A DNA stretch of 64,000 nucleotides from Candidatus Omnitrophota bacterium. Its GTDB lineage: Bacteria; Omnitrophota; Gorgyraeia; Zapsychrales; Aceulaceae. The DNA lies in the NCBI GenBank assembly GCA_029564765.1, contig JAKQPK010000050.1:146977-210976 (forward strand). Direction: 5' to 3'. The notes under the pieces were generated by a model. It saw nothing but the letters and a program-made list of their open reading frames with translations. It was not told the DNA's origin and did not search any database. This document shows positions 26,463 through 38,737 of this stretch, in pieces. The position numbers and the translations under genes are program-made. Within the stretch, counting starts at the first letter, position 1; every line of letters starts with the position of its first letter.

Positions 26463-28430
26463 TTAGATAGCTTTCGGAAGCTGTCGCGCTGTATAATTAC
26501 AGTCCGGATAACGGCTGCACCCGTAAAACGTCGTTCCTCGTTTTGAACGACGCTCAACGATCTCGCCGCCGCATCCCTGCTCAGGGCATTTGACGCCGGT
26601 GGCGAACGACTGAGAATGACGACACTCAGGGAATCCTGAACAGCTGAGGAACTTTCCACGCCTGCCCCACTTGACGGCCAAGGGTCTTCCACAATCCGGG
26701 CACTGACGGTCTGTCAACATGGTCGTTTTTTCGATCGTCGCCATCGCGTAATCAAGCTCTTCTTTGAACGGTGGATAAAATTCCTGGATCAGCTTTAGAT
26801 ACTCCAGGTCTCCTTCTTCGATCAGGTCTAAATGGTCTTCCATCGTGGCAGTAAAATTCACATTCATGACTTTTGGAAAATATTCGATAAGAAGATCACA
26901 TATTTTCTGCCCTAACTCCGTTGACGACAGATATCCTTTGTCCCGAACAACATAGTTACGAAAAACAAGTGTATGAATGATCGGCGCATAGGTGCTCGGT
27001 CGTCCGATGCCTCCTTCTTCCAGAGCGCGCACCAAGGTTGCCTCTGAATAACGAGGCGGCGGTTTTGTGAAATGCTGGCTAGGATCGATCTTAACAAGCT
27101 CTAAGATATCCTCTTTCTGGAACTTCGACAGGTCGATCTGCTTTTCTTTTTCTTCACTGCCACAATCAAGGGCAAGATATCCGTCAAACTTCAGCGTTGA
27201 TGCTGAAGCGCTGAAGTTAAATTCTCCGGCTGTGATCAAAATGCGCTTTTGCAAAAAAACTGCCGGCATCATCTGACAGCTAACAAAGCGACGCCAGATC
27301 AATTCATAAATCTTATATTGATCCTCTGTTAAAAAACTTTTGATATCTTGCGGCTTGCGAAAGACATCCGAGGGACGTATCGCTTCATGCGCTTCTTGGG
27401 CGCTTTTTTTCGATTTATAAACATTAGGCGTTGCCGGCAAATATTCCGAAGAAAAAGTTTGCCCAATATAATCACGCACACGCTTCTTTGCTTCATCGGC
27501 AATATTGACGGAATCCGTACGCATATACGTGATCAAACCAACGGTTTCCCCGTCGCCCAAGTCAACACCTTCGTAAAGCTCTTGCGCGATCATCATTGTC
27601 CGTGCTGTATTGAATCCGAGCTTATTAAACGCCTCCTGCTGCAGCGTGCTCGTAATAAATGGTGGTGCCGGATTGCGACGAACTTCCTTTTCCGTCACAT
27701 CAGAAATCTGAAATGATCGCTGATGAATGCGGTCGACAAGCTCTTGGGCTTGCGCCTGAGATGTGATCTCTGGTTTTTTTTGTTCGACCTTTTCTAAAGA
27801 CGCCGTAATAACATCTGCCCCGTCTTTTCGCTTAAGATCAGCCGTGATCTCCCAATACTCCTGAGGAATAAAAGCGGCGATCTCACGGTCACGTTCCACA
27901 ATAAGGCGCAACGCCACCGACTGTACACGGCCCGCGCTTAAACCCGACCCGACCTTTTTCCACAACAAAGGACTTAAATGATAACCGACCAAACGATCTA
28001 AGACGCGACGCGCGGTCTGCGCATCGATCTTTTTTTTGTCAAATTCACGAACATTTTTAAAGGCTTTGAGAACAGCTTCCTTGGTGATCTCATGAAAAAC
28101 AACACGGTACAATTTCTTTCCTTCAGAAATTTCTTGAGCCAAATTCCAGCCGATCGCTTCCCCTTCACGGTCGGGATCCGTAGCGATATAGATCTCTTTT
28201 TTACTTTTCGCTTCTGCCTTTAATTTCTTTAACGTTTGCTGCTTGGTGCGGATAACGATCAGCTTCGGCTTAAAATCATGTTCAATGTCGATCCCTAAAG
28301 TCGACTTAGGTAGGTCAATGACGTGGCCCATCGAAGAAACAACTTTATACTGATCGCCAAGGATCTTGTTGATCGTTTTTACTTTCGCCGGAGACTCGAC
28401 GATGACCAGAGCTTTTGGGGACTTTGCCAT
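26463..28430 (-). CDS. topA: DNA topoisomerase I (compact, 655 aa) with C-terminal Zn ribbons
   Basis: TOPRIM N-terminus LVIVESPAKVKTI, catalytic-Tyr region, C4 zinc ribbons (CPDCG...CSGFPEC; CPEQGCGG...CSRYPDC). Confidence 0.9.
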   Translation of the reverse strand: MAKSPKALVIVESPAKVKTINKILGDQYKVVSSMGHVIDLPKSTLGIDIEHDFKPKLIVIRTKQQTLKKLKAEAKSKKEIYIATDPDREGEAIGWNLAQEISEGKKLYRVVFHEITKEAVLKAFKNVREFDKKKIDAQTARRVLDRLVGYHLSPLLWKKVGSGLSAGRVQSVALRLIVERDREIAAFIPQEYWEITADLKRKDGADVITASLEKVEQKKPEITSQAQAQELVDRIHQRSFQISDVTEKEVRRNPAPPFITSTLQQEAFNKLGFNTARTMMIAQELYEGVDLGDGETVGLITYMRTDSVNIADEAKKRVRDYIGQTFSSEYLPATPNVYKSKKSAQEAHEAIRPSDVFRKPQDIKSFLTEDQYKIYELIWRRFVSCQMMPAVFLQKRILITAGEFNFSASASTLKFDGYLALDCGSEEKEKQIDLSKFQKEDILELVKIDPSQHFTKPPPRYSEATLVRALEEGGIGRPSTYAPIIHTLVFRNYVVRDKGYLSSTELGQKICDLLIEYFPKVMNVNFTATMEDHLDLIEEGDLEYLKLIQEFYPPFKEELDYAMATIEKTTMLTDRQCPDCGRPLAVKWGRRGKFLSCSGFPECRHSQSFATGVKCPEQGCGGEIVERRSKRGTTFYGCSRYPDCNYTARQLPKAI

Positions 28431-28481
28431 AATATTTCCTTCTTATAATATTTATATTAATATGTGTATTATAAAGGATTT

Positions 28482-29630
28482 TTATCGTATGACAAACAAT
28501 TTTCCGGGCATTTGGCGGACAAAACCTTTCAACTCAAGGCTAAGCAGGACATTGTACAGCTGGGTCATGGGCAACCCGCTTGCTTGGCAGAGAGCATCAA
28601 GCGTAATAGGGCTTTTGGACAGCAGATGGAGCACATTCTTTTCTTGAACTCTAAGATCCTTCGTACGTGCTTGGCAACTTGACAAAAGAGGCAAAGAACT
28701 CTTTTCTTCAACCGATTTCAACTCAAGGCCAAGCTCATCGAGAACATCTTGAGCACAACTGATCAGTTTTGCTCCTTGCTGGATAAGAATGTTGGTGCCT
28801 TGGGCGCTGATCGCATCGATCTTTCCTGGAACAGCAAAAACATCCCGACCCTGCTCTAAGGCTAGGTCTGCGGTGATCAATGCTCCGCTTCGTTTCGCTG
28901 CCTCCACAACAACAACTCCCAAAGAGAGCCCGCTGACAATACGGTTGCGACGGGGAAAATGACCGCTACGGGCAGGCGTGGACATGGAAAACTCTGACAA
29001 AATCAGGCCTTGCTCGGCGATCGCTTCAAACAATTTCTTGTTCTCTTGAGGATATATATGGTTTAACCCTGTTCCCAAAACCGCGATCGTTTTGCCGCAA
29101 ACGCGCAATGCGCCTCGATGGGACGCGGCATCGATCCCCTTTGCAAGTCCTGAAACAATAACAAGCTGATATTGCGCTAATTCCTCAGCAAGACGCTCTG
29201 CCGTCATGATGCCATACACGGAAGCCTTGCGACAACCTACCACAGCAAGGCAAAGATCTTTTAATAATGAACAATTGCCGCAAGCATATAGAACGATTGG
29301 CGGGTCCGCGATCTCTCTGAGCAATGATGGATAGTCCTGATCAAAGAAAGTAACAACAGAGGCTCTTCTCTTGGCGATCCATTGATGCTCTTGGGATAAA
29401 AATTCTTGAAAGGGAAACCTTTTGATCTCTTTGACAACAGCATCTGGAAGAAATGACGCCGCAAGAAGATCATTTTCATGAAGTGCAAAAATGTTCTGAC
29501 CACAACCAAAATGATCAAAAATTTTTTTGATACGCTGCGGGCCAAGCCCGGGAACGGCATTTAAAGCGAGTATTTGATCACGCTGATCCACGAAAAACAC
29601 GCTCCGCAATCTCATCGACCACTTGCGCAA
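28482..29630 (-). CDS. dprA: DNA processing protein DprA/Smf
   Basis: Rossmann-like core VVGCRKASVYG...VSGLAKGIDAASH; conserved dprA-topA adjacency. Confidence 0.85.
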   Translation of the reverse strand: MRKWSMRLRSVFFVDQRDQILALNAVPGLGPQRIKKIFDHFGCGQNIFALHENDLLAASFLPDAVVKEIKRFPFQEFLSQEHQWIAKRRASVVTFFDQDYPSLLREIADPPIVLYACGNCSLLKDLCLAVVGCRKASVYGIMTAERLAEELAQYQLVIVSGLAKGIDAASHRGALRVCGKTIAVLGTGLNHIYPQENKKLFEAIAEQGLILSEFSMSTPARSGHFPRRNRIVSGLSLGVVVVEAAKRSGALITADLALEQGRDVFAVPGKIDAISAQGTNILIQQGAKLISCAQDVLDELGLELKSVEEKSSLPLLSSCQARTKDLRVQEKNVLHLLSKSPITLDALCQASGLPMTQLYNVLLSLELKGFVRQMPGKLFVIR

Positions 29631-30093
29631 CTGTTTTCTGCGAAGTGTCGATCGTCACATCTGCTTTCTGATACAAACATTCACGCTGGGCTAATAAGTT
29701 CTTGATCCTTGCTTTGGGATCTTCAACGTTTAATAATGGTCGTTCCTTACTGTGGCGTGTACGTTCGTGTAGGATATCTACCGTTGCCTTCAAGTAAACA
29801 ATAAGGCCGGACGACCGCAATCGATCCATGTTTTCTTGCTGCAACACTATCCCGCCACCACAATCGATCACCAATCCCTGCTGTCCACTAAGCTGCTCTA
29901 CGATATTTCTTTCAAGAGAGCGAAAGTATTGTTCACCTTTAACGGCAAAGATCTCAGCCACAGAGATCTTTTCTTGTTCAACGATCAACGCATCCGTACT
30001 GATAAGTCGGTAATGAAGATGTTGCGCCAGAAGATAAGACACCGTTGTCTTGCCTGAGCCCATGAATCCAACGAGAGCGATATTTCTTAACAT
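29578..30093 (-). CDS. aroK: Shikimate kinase
   Basis: P-loop GFMGSGKTT; 171 aa. Confidence 0.9.
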   Translation of the reverse strand: MLRNIALVGFMGSGKTTVSYLLAQHLHYRLISTDALIVEQEKISVAEIFAVKGEQYFRSLERNIVEQLSGQQGLVIDCGGGIVLQQENMDRLRSSGLIVYLKATVDILHERTRHSKERPLLNVEDPKARIKNLLAQRECLYQKADVTIDTSQKTVAQVVDEIAERVFRGSA

Positions 30094-30163
30094 GGCGGGA
30101 TTGTAGCAACAATCAAAAATCCTGTCAATAAAACAAAGCTGGCATCAGGCCGTCTTAAGAGGA

Positions 30164-30967
30164 TCAATAGATGCCGTACAAGGCGAAGATCCAATCAAAG
30201 ATCTTTTGAGAGAAAAATAACGCGATCAACGATCCTACGGCCAAAAATGGCCCATAGGGAATAAGACTTTCTTTGGTCCTGATCTTAACAATGATACCAA
30301 AGATCGCACCAAAAAATGGCGCGATAAAAAAGGCTAAAAGCGCAAGTTTCCAACCCAAGAATGCGCCAACCATAGCCATGAATTTGACATCCCCGCCGCC
30401 CATGCTTTCTTTCTTGAATATAAAATCGCCGATCAACCCCATAGCGTAAATAGCCCCTCCACCGATCAGGATCCCCAGCAAGCTTCGGCCGACAGAAAGC
30501 CATACCGACGTTGTCCCATGAAGCTCTGGGATAAAAAAGCTAAAAATAAAACCGACCACCATGCCGCCAATGCTAATTTCATCGGGGATGATGCGGTGCT
30601 CAATATCAACAAAGGTCGAAATAATGAACCCACAAAGCATGACCAAATATGGAATGAGAATAGGCGTTAAGCCAAAGAACTTATAAAAACCAACGAACGC
30701 CAGACCGGTCACAAGCTCCACCAAGAAATATCTTCCGGAAATAGCTGTCTTGCAGAAGCGACATTTACGGCCGAGCAACAAAAAACTCACAAGAGGGATG
30801 TTGTCATACCACGGGATCGTTTTCTTACACGAAGGACAATGCGAGCGAGGAAATACAACAGAACGTTTTTTGGGATCCTCTTCTGGCAGTCGAACAATAC
30901 AAACGTTCAGAAAACTACCGATGATCGTTCCAAAAATAAAGGTAAAAAAAGTAAGGAGATAGTCCAT
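30164..30967 (-). CDS. pilD: Prepilin peptidase (A24 family; type IV pilin leader peptidase/N-methyltransferase)
   Basis: CPSC...CRFC zinc motif and polytopic TM. Start set at MDYLLTFF (1-nt overlap with aroE stop). Confidence 0.85.
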   Translation of the reverse strand: MDYLLTFFTFIFGTIIGSFLNVCIVRLPEEDPKKRSVVFPRSHCPSCKKTIPWYDNIPLVSFLLLGRKCRFCKTAISGRYFLVELVTGLAFVGFYKFFGLTPILIPYLVMLCGFIISTFVDIEHRIIPDEISIGGMVVGFIFSFFIPELHGTTSVWLSVGRSLLGILIGGGAIYAMGLIGDFIFKKESMGGGDVKFMAMVGAFLGWKLALLAFFIAPFFGAIFGIIVKIRTKESLIPYGPFLAVGSLIALFFSQKIFDWIFALYGIY

Positions 30968-31842
30968 TATTTGATCCTTTGTTGAAGGCCCTTGTCCAAA
31001 GCATCCCTCATTTTCTTTTTGATATTTTCTGGCAATTCCACGTTCGCCCAATGTTGAAACGCTAATACTCCCTGATAATACAGCATGCCTAAGCCGTTAG
31101 CGGCCTGAGCGCCCTTTCGCTGAGCCATCTCTAAGAGCGCTGTCTGCGCAGGATTATAGATCAGATCATAAACAAGCATGTTCGCATGCAACATCTCTTC
31201 ATCGATCAACGGAATATCACTTGGCTTCATGCCTACAGGCGTCGCGTTCACCAGAAGATCCGCGAGCTCAACATTAAGATCATCAAGACTGTCAACAGCC
31301 TTGGTAATGCCGCAGTCAAAATTCACGCTCAAATCCTTGACAAGACTTTGGGCCTTCTCAGGTTCGATATCATAGATCATGATCGCCTCGGGCCTTTGGG
31401 CGCTCATGCAAAGAGCGGATAAAACAGCGCGAGTCGCTCCTCCAGCGCCGAGGATCGCGATACGCTTACCTTGCGGCTGAAAACCAAGTTCTGCAATATG
31501 CGCAAGGAATCCAGGGCCATCCGTATTATAGCCAGAAAGTTTCCTATTCTCAGAAATGACGATGGTGTTGACCGCAGCAACTTTCTTCGCATAAGGATTT
31601 AGACTATCAAGATATGGAATAACTTTTTCTTTGTACGGAAAGGTCACGTTCAATCCAAAAATAGGGCTATCCTTTTGCTTAAGATCAGAAAAGAAGTTAT
31701 CTAACTCATCGGGTTTTAAAGGAAATAGCTCATACGTCGCCTCAACGCCAAGCGCCTTGAAAGCGGCATTGTGCATCAACGGCGATAGGCTATGCCCTAG
31801 GGGATAGCCTATCAGACCGTACGTTGTGATATTTTGACCCAT
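30967..31842 (-). CDS. aroE: Shikimate dehydrogenase
   Basis: GLIGYPLGHSLSP, GAGGATRAV. Confidence 0.9.
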   Translation of the reverse strand: MGQNITTYGLIGYPLGHSLSPLMHNAAFKALGVEATYELFPLKPDELDNFFSDLKQKDSPIFGLNVTFPYKEKVIPYLDSLNPYAKKVAAVNTIVISENRKLSGYNTDGPGFLAHIAELGFQPQGKRIAILGAGGATRAVLSALCMSAQRPEAIMIYDIEPEKAQSLVKDLSVNFDCGITKAVDSLDDLNVELADLLVNATPVGMKPSDIPLIDEEMLHANMLVYDLIYNPAQTALLEMAQRKGAQAANGLGMLYYQGVLAFQHWANVELPENIKKKMRDALDKGLQQRIK

Positions 31843-31848
31843 AAGAGA

Positions 31849-33360
31849 TTATTTGAGCTGAAGGAAAAGCATCTTATTAATGGCATTCAAGTAAGCTTTC
31901 GCGGAAGCCTCTAAGATGTCTGTGCTCGCGCCATGGCCAATATATTTCTTGCCCTTGATGCGAACCTTAACGGTAACTTCGCCTAAGGCATCCTTGCCAT
32001 GCGTGACAGATTGGATGGAATAGTCTAAAAGCTCAGCCTTGACCTTGACGATCTTCTCGATCGCTTTATAGCACGCGTCCACAGGCCCATCGCCTGAAGA
32101 GCTTACCTTTTTTATCTTTTCTTGTGAGCTGATCTCAATGGTCGCCTTAGGCGCGATATTCGTACCGCTAACAACGGACAAGCTAACTAAGTGCCAGGTG
32201 TTAGGGACAACCTTTGACTCATCTTCGGCAATCGCGATCAGATCTTCATCGTAAACTTGTTTCTTTTTATCGGCGACGTTCTTAAAACGCTCAAACGCGT
32301 GATTCAAGGCTTCTTCTTTTAAATCAATACCTAATGATTTCAACCTTACCTGAAAGGCGTGACGCCCAGAATGCTTGCCCAAAACGATACCAGTCTCGAC
32401 AAAGCCAACATCCTGAGGCTTCATGATCTCATAGGTGGATGGCTCTTTCAAAACGCCATCCTGATGAATCCCTGATTCATGGCGGAAAGCATTCGCGCCA
32501 ACGATCGCTTTGTTTGAGGCCACGACAAAACCTGAATATTTGCTTACCAGCCTGGAGATACGACAGATCTCTTGGGTCTTGATATTGGTTGCACAGTGGT
32601 AATAATCTTCACGGGTGCGCAAAGCCATCACGATCTCTTCCATGGACGCGTTTCCGGCTCTCTCGCCAATGCCATTAACGGTACATTCAACTTGTCGCGC
32701 GCCATTTTTGATAGCAGCCAATGAATTGGCCACGCCGATCCCAAGATCATTATGGCAATGAACGGAAATAATGGCCTTGTTGATGTTTGGGACTTGATTG
32801 CAAATATCATGAATAAGCTGGCCAAACTGTTCCGGCACACCGTATCCGACCGTGTCGGGGATATTGATGGTCTTAGCTCCAGCGCGAATAACTTCTTCAA
32901 TAACGCGGAACAAAAACTCCTTTTCGGTCCGCGAGGCATCCTCAGGCGAAAACTCGATGTCATCGTTTTTCTGCCGCGCATAACGAACCGCGTCGATCGC
33001 CATCTGTAAGATCTCATCCTTTGTCTTCTTAAATTTATACTCAATATGGATCTTTGATGTCGCCAAAAAAACATGGATACGCGACTTCTTAGCGCACTGA
33101 ACAGCATCAGCGCATGCGTCGATGTCTTTTTTGATAGAACGCGCCAGACCGCACACACGAGAATTCTTAATATGCTTGGCAACGCTCTTGACCGATTCGA
33201 AGTCTCCTTTGGAAATGACAGGAAACCCTGCCTCAATGATGTCCACACCCAAGCGCTCCAAGCCGAACGCCACTTCCAGCTTTTCTTTGGCGTTCATGGT
33301 CGCTCCTGGCGCTTGCTCACCATCTCGCAAGGTCGTGTCAAAAATATAAACTTTATCCAT
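31849..33360 (-). CDS. leuA: 2-isopropylmalate synthase / citramalate synthase family
   Basis: [21 protein letters not shown]; C-terminal LeuA dimerisation/regulatory domain; 503 aa. Confidence 0.85.
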   Translation of the reverse strand: MDKVYIFDTTLRDGEQAPGATMNAKEKLEVAFGLERLGVDIIEAGFPVISKGDFESVKSVAKHIKNSRVCGLARSIKKDIDACADAVQCAKKSRIHVFLATSKIHIEYKFKKTKDEILQMAIDAVRYARQKNDDIEFSPEDASRTEKEFLFRVIEEVIRAGAKTINIPDTVGYGVPEQFGQLIHDICNQVPNINKAIISVHCHNDLGIGVANSLAAIKNGARQVECTVNGIGERAGNASMEEIVMALRTREDYYHCATNIKTQEICRISRLVSKYSGFVVASNKAIVGANAFRHESGIHQDGVLKEPSTYEIMKPQDVGFVETGIVLGKHSGRHAFQVRLKSLGIDLKEEALNHAFERFKNVADKKKQVYDEDLIAIAEDESKVVPNTWHLVSLSVVSGTNIAPKATIEISSQEKIKKVSSSGDGPVDACYKAIEKIVKVKAELLDYSIQSVTHGKDALGEVTVKVRIKGKKYIGHGASTDILEASAKAYLNAINKMLFLQLK

Positions 33361-33381
33361 ATCTTTACTGCGGACTAGAAA

Positions 33382-34371
33382 TTATTTCATCCAAGGCATC
33401 ATCTGGCGCAATTGAACCCCTATTTTCTCAATAGGATGCTCATCCGCCTCTTTACGCCATTGATTGAAATTCAGCCGCCCTTTCTTATTCTCACGGATCC
33501 ACTCTTTAGCAAATTTCCCTGATTGGATCTCAGTAAGCATCTTTTTCATGATCTTTCTTGTTTTATCGTTGATAACGCGTTTGCCACGCGAAAAATCTCC
33601 ATATTCTGCTGTATCGGAAACACGCTTTCTCATCCCTTGGATGCCATGCGCGTAAATAAGATCTGTAATAAGCTTAAGTTCATGAAGGCACTCAAAATAA
33701 GCGATCTCGGGCTGATATCCTGCCTCTACGAGCGTATCATAACCTGCTTTTACCAACTCACTGACACCACCACAAAGAACTGCTTGTTCGCCGAAAAGAT
33801 CTGTCTCGGTTTCTTCTTTAAATGTCGTTTCGAGAACTCCTGCTCGCGTGCCGCCAATACCCTTGGCATAGGCTAAAGCGATCTTCAATGCGTTTCCCGT
33901 TGCATCCTGATGGATTGCCACCAAGCATGGCACGCCCTTACCTTCCACATACTGACTGCGCACCAAAGCACCCGGACCCTTGGGGGCTACCATAAAAACA
34001 TCCACATCAGACGATGGAACGATCTGTTTAAAATGAATATTGAATCCATGGGAAAAAACCAAGGACTTTCCTGGCTTTAAGTTTTTCTTGATATCTTTTT
34101 TATACACATCCGCTTGCACATGATCTTGTGTCAGGATCTGGATGATATCCGATTGTTTCGCGGCGGTCTTGGCATCTACCGGCGCAAAACCATCTTCAAG
34201 GGCCTGCTTAAAATTCGGCGTCCCCTCCATTTCGCTCACGACCACTTTTAAGCCGCTATCACGCAGGTTAAGCGCCTGTCCTCGACCTTGAATACCGTAT
34301 CCGATGATCGCGATCGTTTTATCTTTGATCACATCAAAACTTGCATCATTATCATAGTAAATCTTTGCCAT
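33382..34371 (-). CDS. ilvC: Ketol-acid reductoisomerase
   Basis: [21 protein letters not shown]; 329 aa. Confidence 0.95.
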   Translation of the reverse strand: MAKIYYDNDASFDVIKDKTIAIIGYGIQGRGQALNLRDSGLKVVVSEMEGTPNFKQALEDGFAPVDAKTAAKQSDIIQILTQDHVQADVYKKDIKKNLKPGKSLVFSHGFNIHFKQIVPSSDVDVFMVAPKGPGALVRSQYVEGKGVPCLVAIHQDATGNALKIALAYAKGIGGTRAGVLETTFKEETETDLFGEQAVLCGGVSELVKAGYDTLVEAGYQPEIAYFECLHELKLITDLIYAHGIQGMRKRVSDTAEYGDFSRGKRVINDKTRKIMKKMLTEIQSGKFAKEWIRENKKGRLNFNQWRKEADEHPIEKIGVQLRQMMPWMK

Positions 34372-34396
34372 GATCCATCTCTCCTTTTTGTTAATG

Positions 34397-35356
34397 TTAG
34401 ATCAAATTCTTAATCAATCTGCAGTATTCATTGATAGGAACATTGCTTGTTGCGCATGCTTGCTGAAGATCAACAACGTTGATCTTGTTTTGCAGGATGC
34501 CGACAGCCTTTCCGTAGCGTCCTTTCAGCAAGCAATCAACAGCCGCTGCCCCCAGACGTGTCGCTAGAACGCGATCTGGAGCAGTAGGCGTTCCACCGCG
34601 CTGAATATGCCCCAAAACAATGTAGCGGCTTTCAAATCCTGTTACCTTGGTGACCTTCTCAGCTACTTCATGCGCCTTGCCGGCGCCTTCCGCAACAATG
34701 ATCATCCAGCTGATCTTTCCTTTTTTATGTCCACGCTTGATCTCTTCGTACATGGCCTGATAATTGAACTTTCGCTCAGGGATGATAACATCTTCAGCCC
34801 CAGATCCCAAAGCGACTTGCATGGCAATATATCCTGAATCGCGGCCCATTACCTCAATGACAAAAATACGCTCCATACTGTGAGCCGTATCACGGATCTT
34901 ATCGATCGCATCCAAAGCAGTATTGACCGCCGTATGACAACCGATCGTCTGGTCTGTGCCATAGAGATCATTGTCAATGGTCCCCGGTACTCCAACGACG
35001 GGAAAGCGAAACCTTTTAAAAAGCTCATAAGCCCCCGCATAGCTCCCATTGCCGCCAATAACGACCAATCCATCGATCTCGTGGCGCTTCAATGTTGCTA
35101 CCGCTTTCGCCATTCCCGCTCTCGTCTGAAATTCTGGGCAACGGGATGTCTTTAAAAATGTCCCTCCCCTGCTGATGATATTGGCAACGGATCGATGGTT
35201 CAGTGAAATGATATCATCTTCAACTAAACCATAAAAACCGCGCATGACACCTCTTACTTCAGCGCCCTGCAAAAGCGCTGAGCGAACAACACTGCGGATC
35301 GCAGCGTTCATCCCAGCGCCATCCCCGCCGGATGTCAAAACCCCAATACGTTTCAT
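34397..35356 (-). CDS. pfkA: ATP-dependent 6-phosphofructokinase
   Basis: [26 protein letters not shown] motifs. Start set at the internal Met MKRIGVL. Confidence 0.9.
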   Translation of the reverse strand: MKRIGVLTSGGDGAGMNAAIRSVVRSALLQGAEVRGVMRGFYGLVEDDIISLNHRSVANIISRGGTFLKTSRCPEFQTRAGMAKAVATLKRHEIDGLVVIGGNGSYAGAYELFKRFRFPVVGVPGTIDNDLYGTDQTIGCHTAVNTALDAIDKIRDTAHSMERIFVIEVMGRDSGYIAMQVALGSGAEDVIIPERKFNYQAMYEEIKRGHKKGKISWMIIVAEGAGKAHEVAEKVTKVTGFESRYIVLGHIQRGGTPTAPDRVLATRLGAAAVDCLLKGRYGKAVGILQNKINVVDLQQACATSNVPINEYCRLIKNLI

Positions 35357-35372
35357 TCTGCTCTTTATCATA

Positions 35373-36785
35373 TTAATAACGATAATGTTCTGGCTTGTAA
35401 GGACCATCAACGCGACAGCCAATATACTGCGCTTGTTTTTCTGTTAACTTTGTCAACTTGGCTCCTACATGATTCAAATGAAGCCTCGCGACTTCCTCAT
35501 CCAAGCTCTTCGGCAGACGATATACACCGATCTTATGCGATTTTGTCCAGAGCTCGATCTGCGCAAGGGTCTGATTCGTGAATGAATTACTCATTACAAA
35601 CGACGGATGACCCGTGGCGCAGCCCAAATTAACCAAACGTCCCTCGGCCAGCAAAACAATTGAATGGCCATTTTTAAAGTAATATTGGTCAACTTGCGGC
35701 TTAATGTTGACCCTGCGAATACCCGGCCACTGGTTAAGGCGTGTCACCTGGATCTCGTTATCAAAATGACCAATATTGCAAACAATAGCGCCATCTTTCA
35801 TTTTTGCCATATGCTCAGCAGTAATGACCTCGCAATTGCCCGTGGCAGTAACAAAAATATCTCCAAGAGTCAAAACGTCCTCGATCGTCTTTACCTCAAA
35901 ACCTTCCATCGCGGCTTGCAAGGCGCATATTGGATCGATCTCTGTAATGATCACACGCGCACCGTACGCCTTCATGGACCGCGCGGAACCCTTGCCAACA
36001 TCGCCATAACCGCAAACAACAACAACTTTTCCAGCGACCATGATATCCGTTGCGCGCTTAATCCCATCAGCAAGCGATTCGCGGCATCCATACAAATTAT
36101 CAAATTTGGACTTTGTCACAGAATCATTAACATTGAATGCCGGGAAAAGCAGCTTATTCTCACAAAGCATCTGGTAGAGCCGATGAACGCCGGTCGTTGT
36201 TTCCTCTGAAACTCCGCGGATACTTTTGACCATCATATGCCATCGGCGAGGTTCTTCTTTTAAAACAGCTTTAAGGCACGATGAGAGTTCAGCTTCATCC
36301 TCTGTATGTGTCTTAACGTTCAAAACCTTAGGATCGTCCTCGGCTTCATAGCCTTTGTGGATCATTAACGTAGCATCTCCACCGTCATCAACGATCAAAT
36401 TAGGCCCCTTGCCGCCAGGAAAAGAAAGAGCCTGATATGTACACCACCAGTAGTCCTTTAAGCTCTCACCCTTCCAGGCAAAGACAGGGATCCCAAGATC
36501 TGCGATAGCGGCTGCAGCATGATCTTGTGTTGAGAAAATATTACAACTCGCCCATCGAACATGAGCGCCTAATGCCGTTAATGTTTTAATGAGAACAGCG
36601 GTCTGGATCGTCATATGCAGCGATCCTGTAATCCGCGCCCCTTGCAAAGGTTTTTTCTTTCCGTATTTTTTCTGCAAAGCCATCAAGCCCGGCATTTCTT
36701 TCTCTGCCAGCTCGATCTCTTTGTGCCCAAAATCCGCCAAAGACATATCCTTAACCTTGCAATCTTGAAACTTCATTTTTGTCAT
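35373..36785 (-). CDS. ahcY: Adenosylhomocysteinase
   Basis: 470 aa, NAD-binding [12 protein letters not shown]. Confidence 0.95.
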   Translation of the reverse strand: MTKMKFQDCKVKDMSLADFGHKEIELAEKEMPGLMALQKKYGKKKPLQGARITGSLHMTIQTAVLIKTLTALGAHVRWASCNIFSTQDHAAAAIADLGIPVFAWKGESLKDYWWCTYQALSFPGGKGPNLIVDDGGDATLMIHKGYEAEDDPKVLNVKTHTEDEAELSSCLKAVLKEEPRRWHMMVKSIRGVSEETTTGVHRLYQMLCENKLLFPAFNVNDSVTKSKFDNLYGCRESLADGIKRATDIMVAGKVVVVCGYGDVGKGSARSMKAYGARVIITEIDPICALQAAMEGFEVKTIEDVLTLGDIFVTATGNCEVITAEHMAKMKDGAIVCNIGHFDNEIQVTRLNQWPGIRRVNIKPQVDQYYFKNGHSIVLLAEGRLVNLGCATGHPSFVMSNSFTNQTLAQIELWTKSHKIGVYRLPKSLDEEVARLHLNHVGAKLTKLTEKQAQYIGCRVDGPYKPEHYRY

Positions 36786-36803
36786 GCCGATTCCTTTATA
36801 GAC

Positions 36804-37964
36804 TTAAACATTCTTTGCGTCTTTAGCCAAGATCTTCGCCTTGTCGGTTTTCTCCCAGGTAAACTCTGATCGACCAAAATGGCCATAAGCCGCGGTCTTT
36901 CGGTAGATCGGCATCAAAAGTTTTAACTGGTTGATAATACCTCGCGGCGTCATATCAAAATGTTTACGCACGAGCGCAACCAGTTTCTCGTCAGGGATAA
37001 TCCCAGTGTCCGATGTATCGATCGCGACACTGACCGGTTCTGCACGGCCGATCGCGTAGCCGATCTGGATCCAGCATTTTTTAGCAAGTTTTGCGGCCAC
37101 AATATTTTTTGCGATATAGCGTGCCATATACGTTGCTGAACGATCCACCTTCGTCGGGTCCTTACCAGAAAACGCACCGCCTCCATGAGAAACAACGCCA
37201 CCATAAGTGTCCACAATGATCTTACGACCCGTCACACCTGTATCAGACTGCGGACCTCCAACGACAAATTTCCCTGTTTCGTTGACAAAGAACTTTGTTT
37301 TCGCGTCAACCATCTTGCCCAAGATCGGACGTGCGATCGTATCAATAATTTCTTTTTTAGCGGCCGCGGTGATCTTTTCACCTGTTTTATCGAGGATCTT
37401 CGATGTGTGTTGACAGGCTAAAACGACCGTATCAATACGCACCGGTCTTCCATTATCGTATTCAACAGTAACCTGGCTTTTGCAATCTGGCCCCAAGTAG
37501 TCTAAAACATTGGCTCTGCGTACATCCTCGATACGCTTGACAAGCTTGTGTGCCAACATGATCGGCAATGGCATCAATTCTTTTGTCTCATCACAGGCAT
37601 AACCGATCATGATCCCTTGATCGCCCGCGCCGCCCTTATCCACGCCCTGAGAAATATCTGGGGATTGGCTGACGATCGCGTTCAAGATCGAACATGTGTG
37701 CGCCGAAAAACCATAGCGTTCATGATTATATCCGATGTCTAAAAGAACATTCTTAACTAATTTCTGAATATTGATATACGTTGTCGTTGTGATCTCGCCG
37801 CCGACAACCACAAGGCCTGTCGTGACGAACGTTTCGCATGCGACACGCCCTTTAGGGTCATTCTTTAAAACCGCATCCAGCACCGCATCTGAAATCTGAT
37901 CACATACCTTATCTGGATGACCTGCGCCTACTGATTCTGAAGTAATGAAATAACGTCCTTTCAC
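36804..37964 (-). CDS. metK: S-adenosylmethionine synthetase
   Basis: [15 protein letters not shown] motifs; 386 aa. Confidence 0.95.
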   Translation of the reverse strand: MKGRYFITSESVGAGHPDKVCDQISDAVLDAVLKNDPKGRVACETFVTTGLVVVGGEITTTTYINIQKLVKNVLLDIGYNHERYGFSAHTCSILNAIVSQSPDISQGVDKGGAGDQGIMIGYACDETKELMPLPIMLAHKLVKRIEDVRRANVLDYLGPDCKSQVTVEYDNGRPVRIDTVVLACQHTSKILDKTGEKITAAAKKEIIDTIARPILGKMVDAKTKFFVNETGKFVVGGPQSDTGVTGRKIIVDTYGGVVSHGGGAFSGKDPTKVDRSATYMARYIAKNIVAAKLAKKCWIQIGYAIGRAEPVSVAIDTSDTGIIPDEKLVALVRKHFDMTPRGIINQLKLLMPIYRKTAAYGHFGRSEFTWEKTDKAKILAKDAKNV

Positions 37965-38734
37965 TCTTGCTCCTCCTTGTTACATGATTTGTTCTCTTGA
38001 AAATCTTTTTGAGCCTGATGATACGCCTCAAGACTCCCAATATCATACCATGAACCTAAAAATTGAAAACCGCAAAGCCGTTTTTGTTCACACAACCATC
38101 GGATATAATCCCCTGCCAAATCCAGCTTGCCAACGCTATTAACATATTGCTGGATCAAAGGAAATGTTGCTTTGGGCATGTAGTAAAAGCACATCGCGAT
38201 CAAACTCGACCTGGGTTGTTCCGGTTTCTCTTCAAAAGAAGTAACAATATGGTCCGTACCCATGGCAACAACACCAAATTTCTTTGCTTCACTAATATGG
38301 CAAATATCGTAAACTCCCAGAGTCACTTTCTGCGGTTGACTTTTTGCTAACATAAAAAATCTTTCTGTCTGAAAATCAAAAAGATTATCTCCACCGATCA
38401 CAAGAAGATCTTCCTGGATGTTCTGCGTCCTTACCACAAAGTCAATATCCCCGATAGAGCCTAATCGGTTCTCAGGGGTCGTCGTGCCATCATTGACCAC
38501 AGTGATCTTAATCCCAAAATGGCCGCAGTCTGACGCCCAAGCAGAAAATTTCTCATAAAACTTATCATTTGTGACAACATATACTTCGGTCAAATCCTGG
38601 GCCGTACGCACTTTTTCGATTAGATAATTGATCAAGGGCTTGCCTGCTGCGATCTCGAGCAAAGGCTTAGGCTTGTCCTTGGTCAAAGGATAAAGACGGG
38701 TACCGTATCCAGCAGCTAAAATGAGAACTTTCAT
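37961..38734 (-). CDS. Sugar-1-phosphate nucleotidyltransferase (GlmU/RmlA-like NTP-transferase fold)
   Basis: [24 protein letters not shown]-terminus; 257 aa; ATGA overlap with metK. Confidence 0.75.
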   Translation of the reverse strand: MKVLILAAGYGTRLYPLTKDKPKPLLEIAAGKPLINYLIEKVRTAQDLTEVYVVTNDKFYEKFSAWASDCGHFGIKITVVNDGTTTPENRLGSIGDIDFVVRTQNIQEDLLVIGGDNLFDFQTERFFMLAKSQPQKVTLGVYDICHISEAKKFGVVAMGTDHIVTSFEEKPEQPRSSLIAMCFYYMPKATFPLIQQYVNSVGKLDLAGDYIRWLCEQKRLCGFQFLGSWYDIGSLEAYHQAQKDFQENKSCNKEEQE

Positions 38735-38737
38735 AAA

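Noticed and set aside
32628-33248. 206-aa same-strand alternative-frame ORF inside leuA
   Set aside because: R/S-rich, low-complexity translation with no domain, entirely within the leuA reading frame region. Overlapping-gene claims need far stronger evidence.
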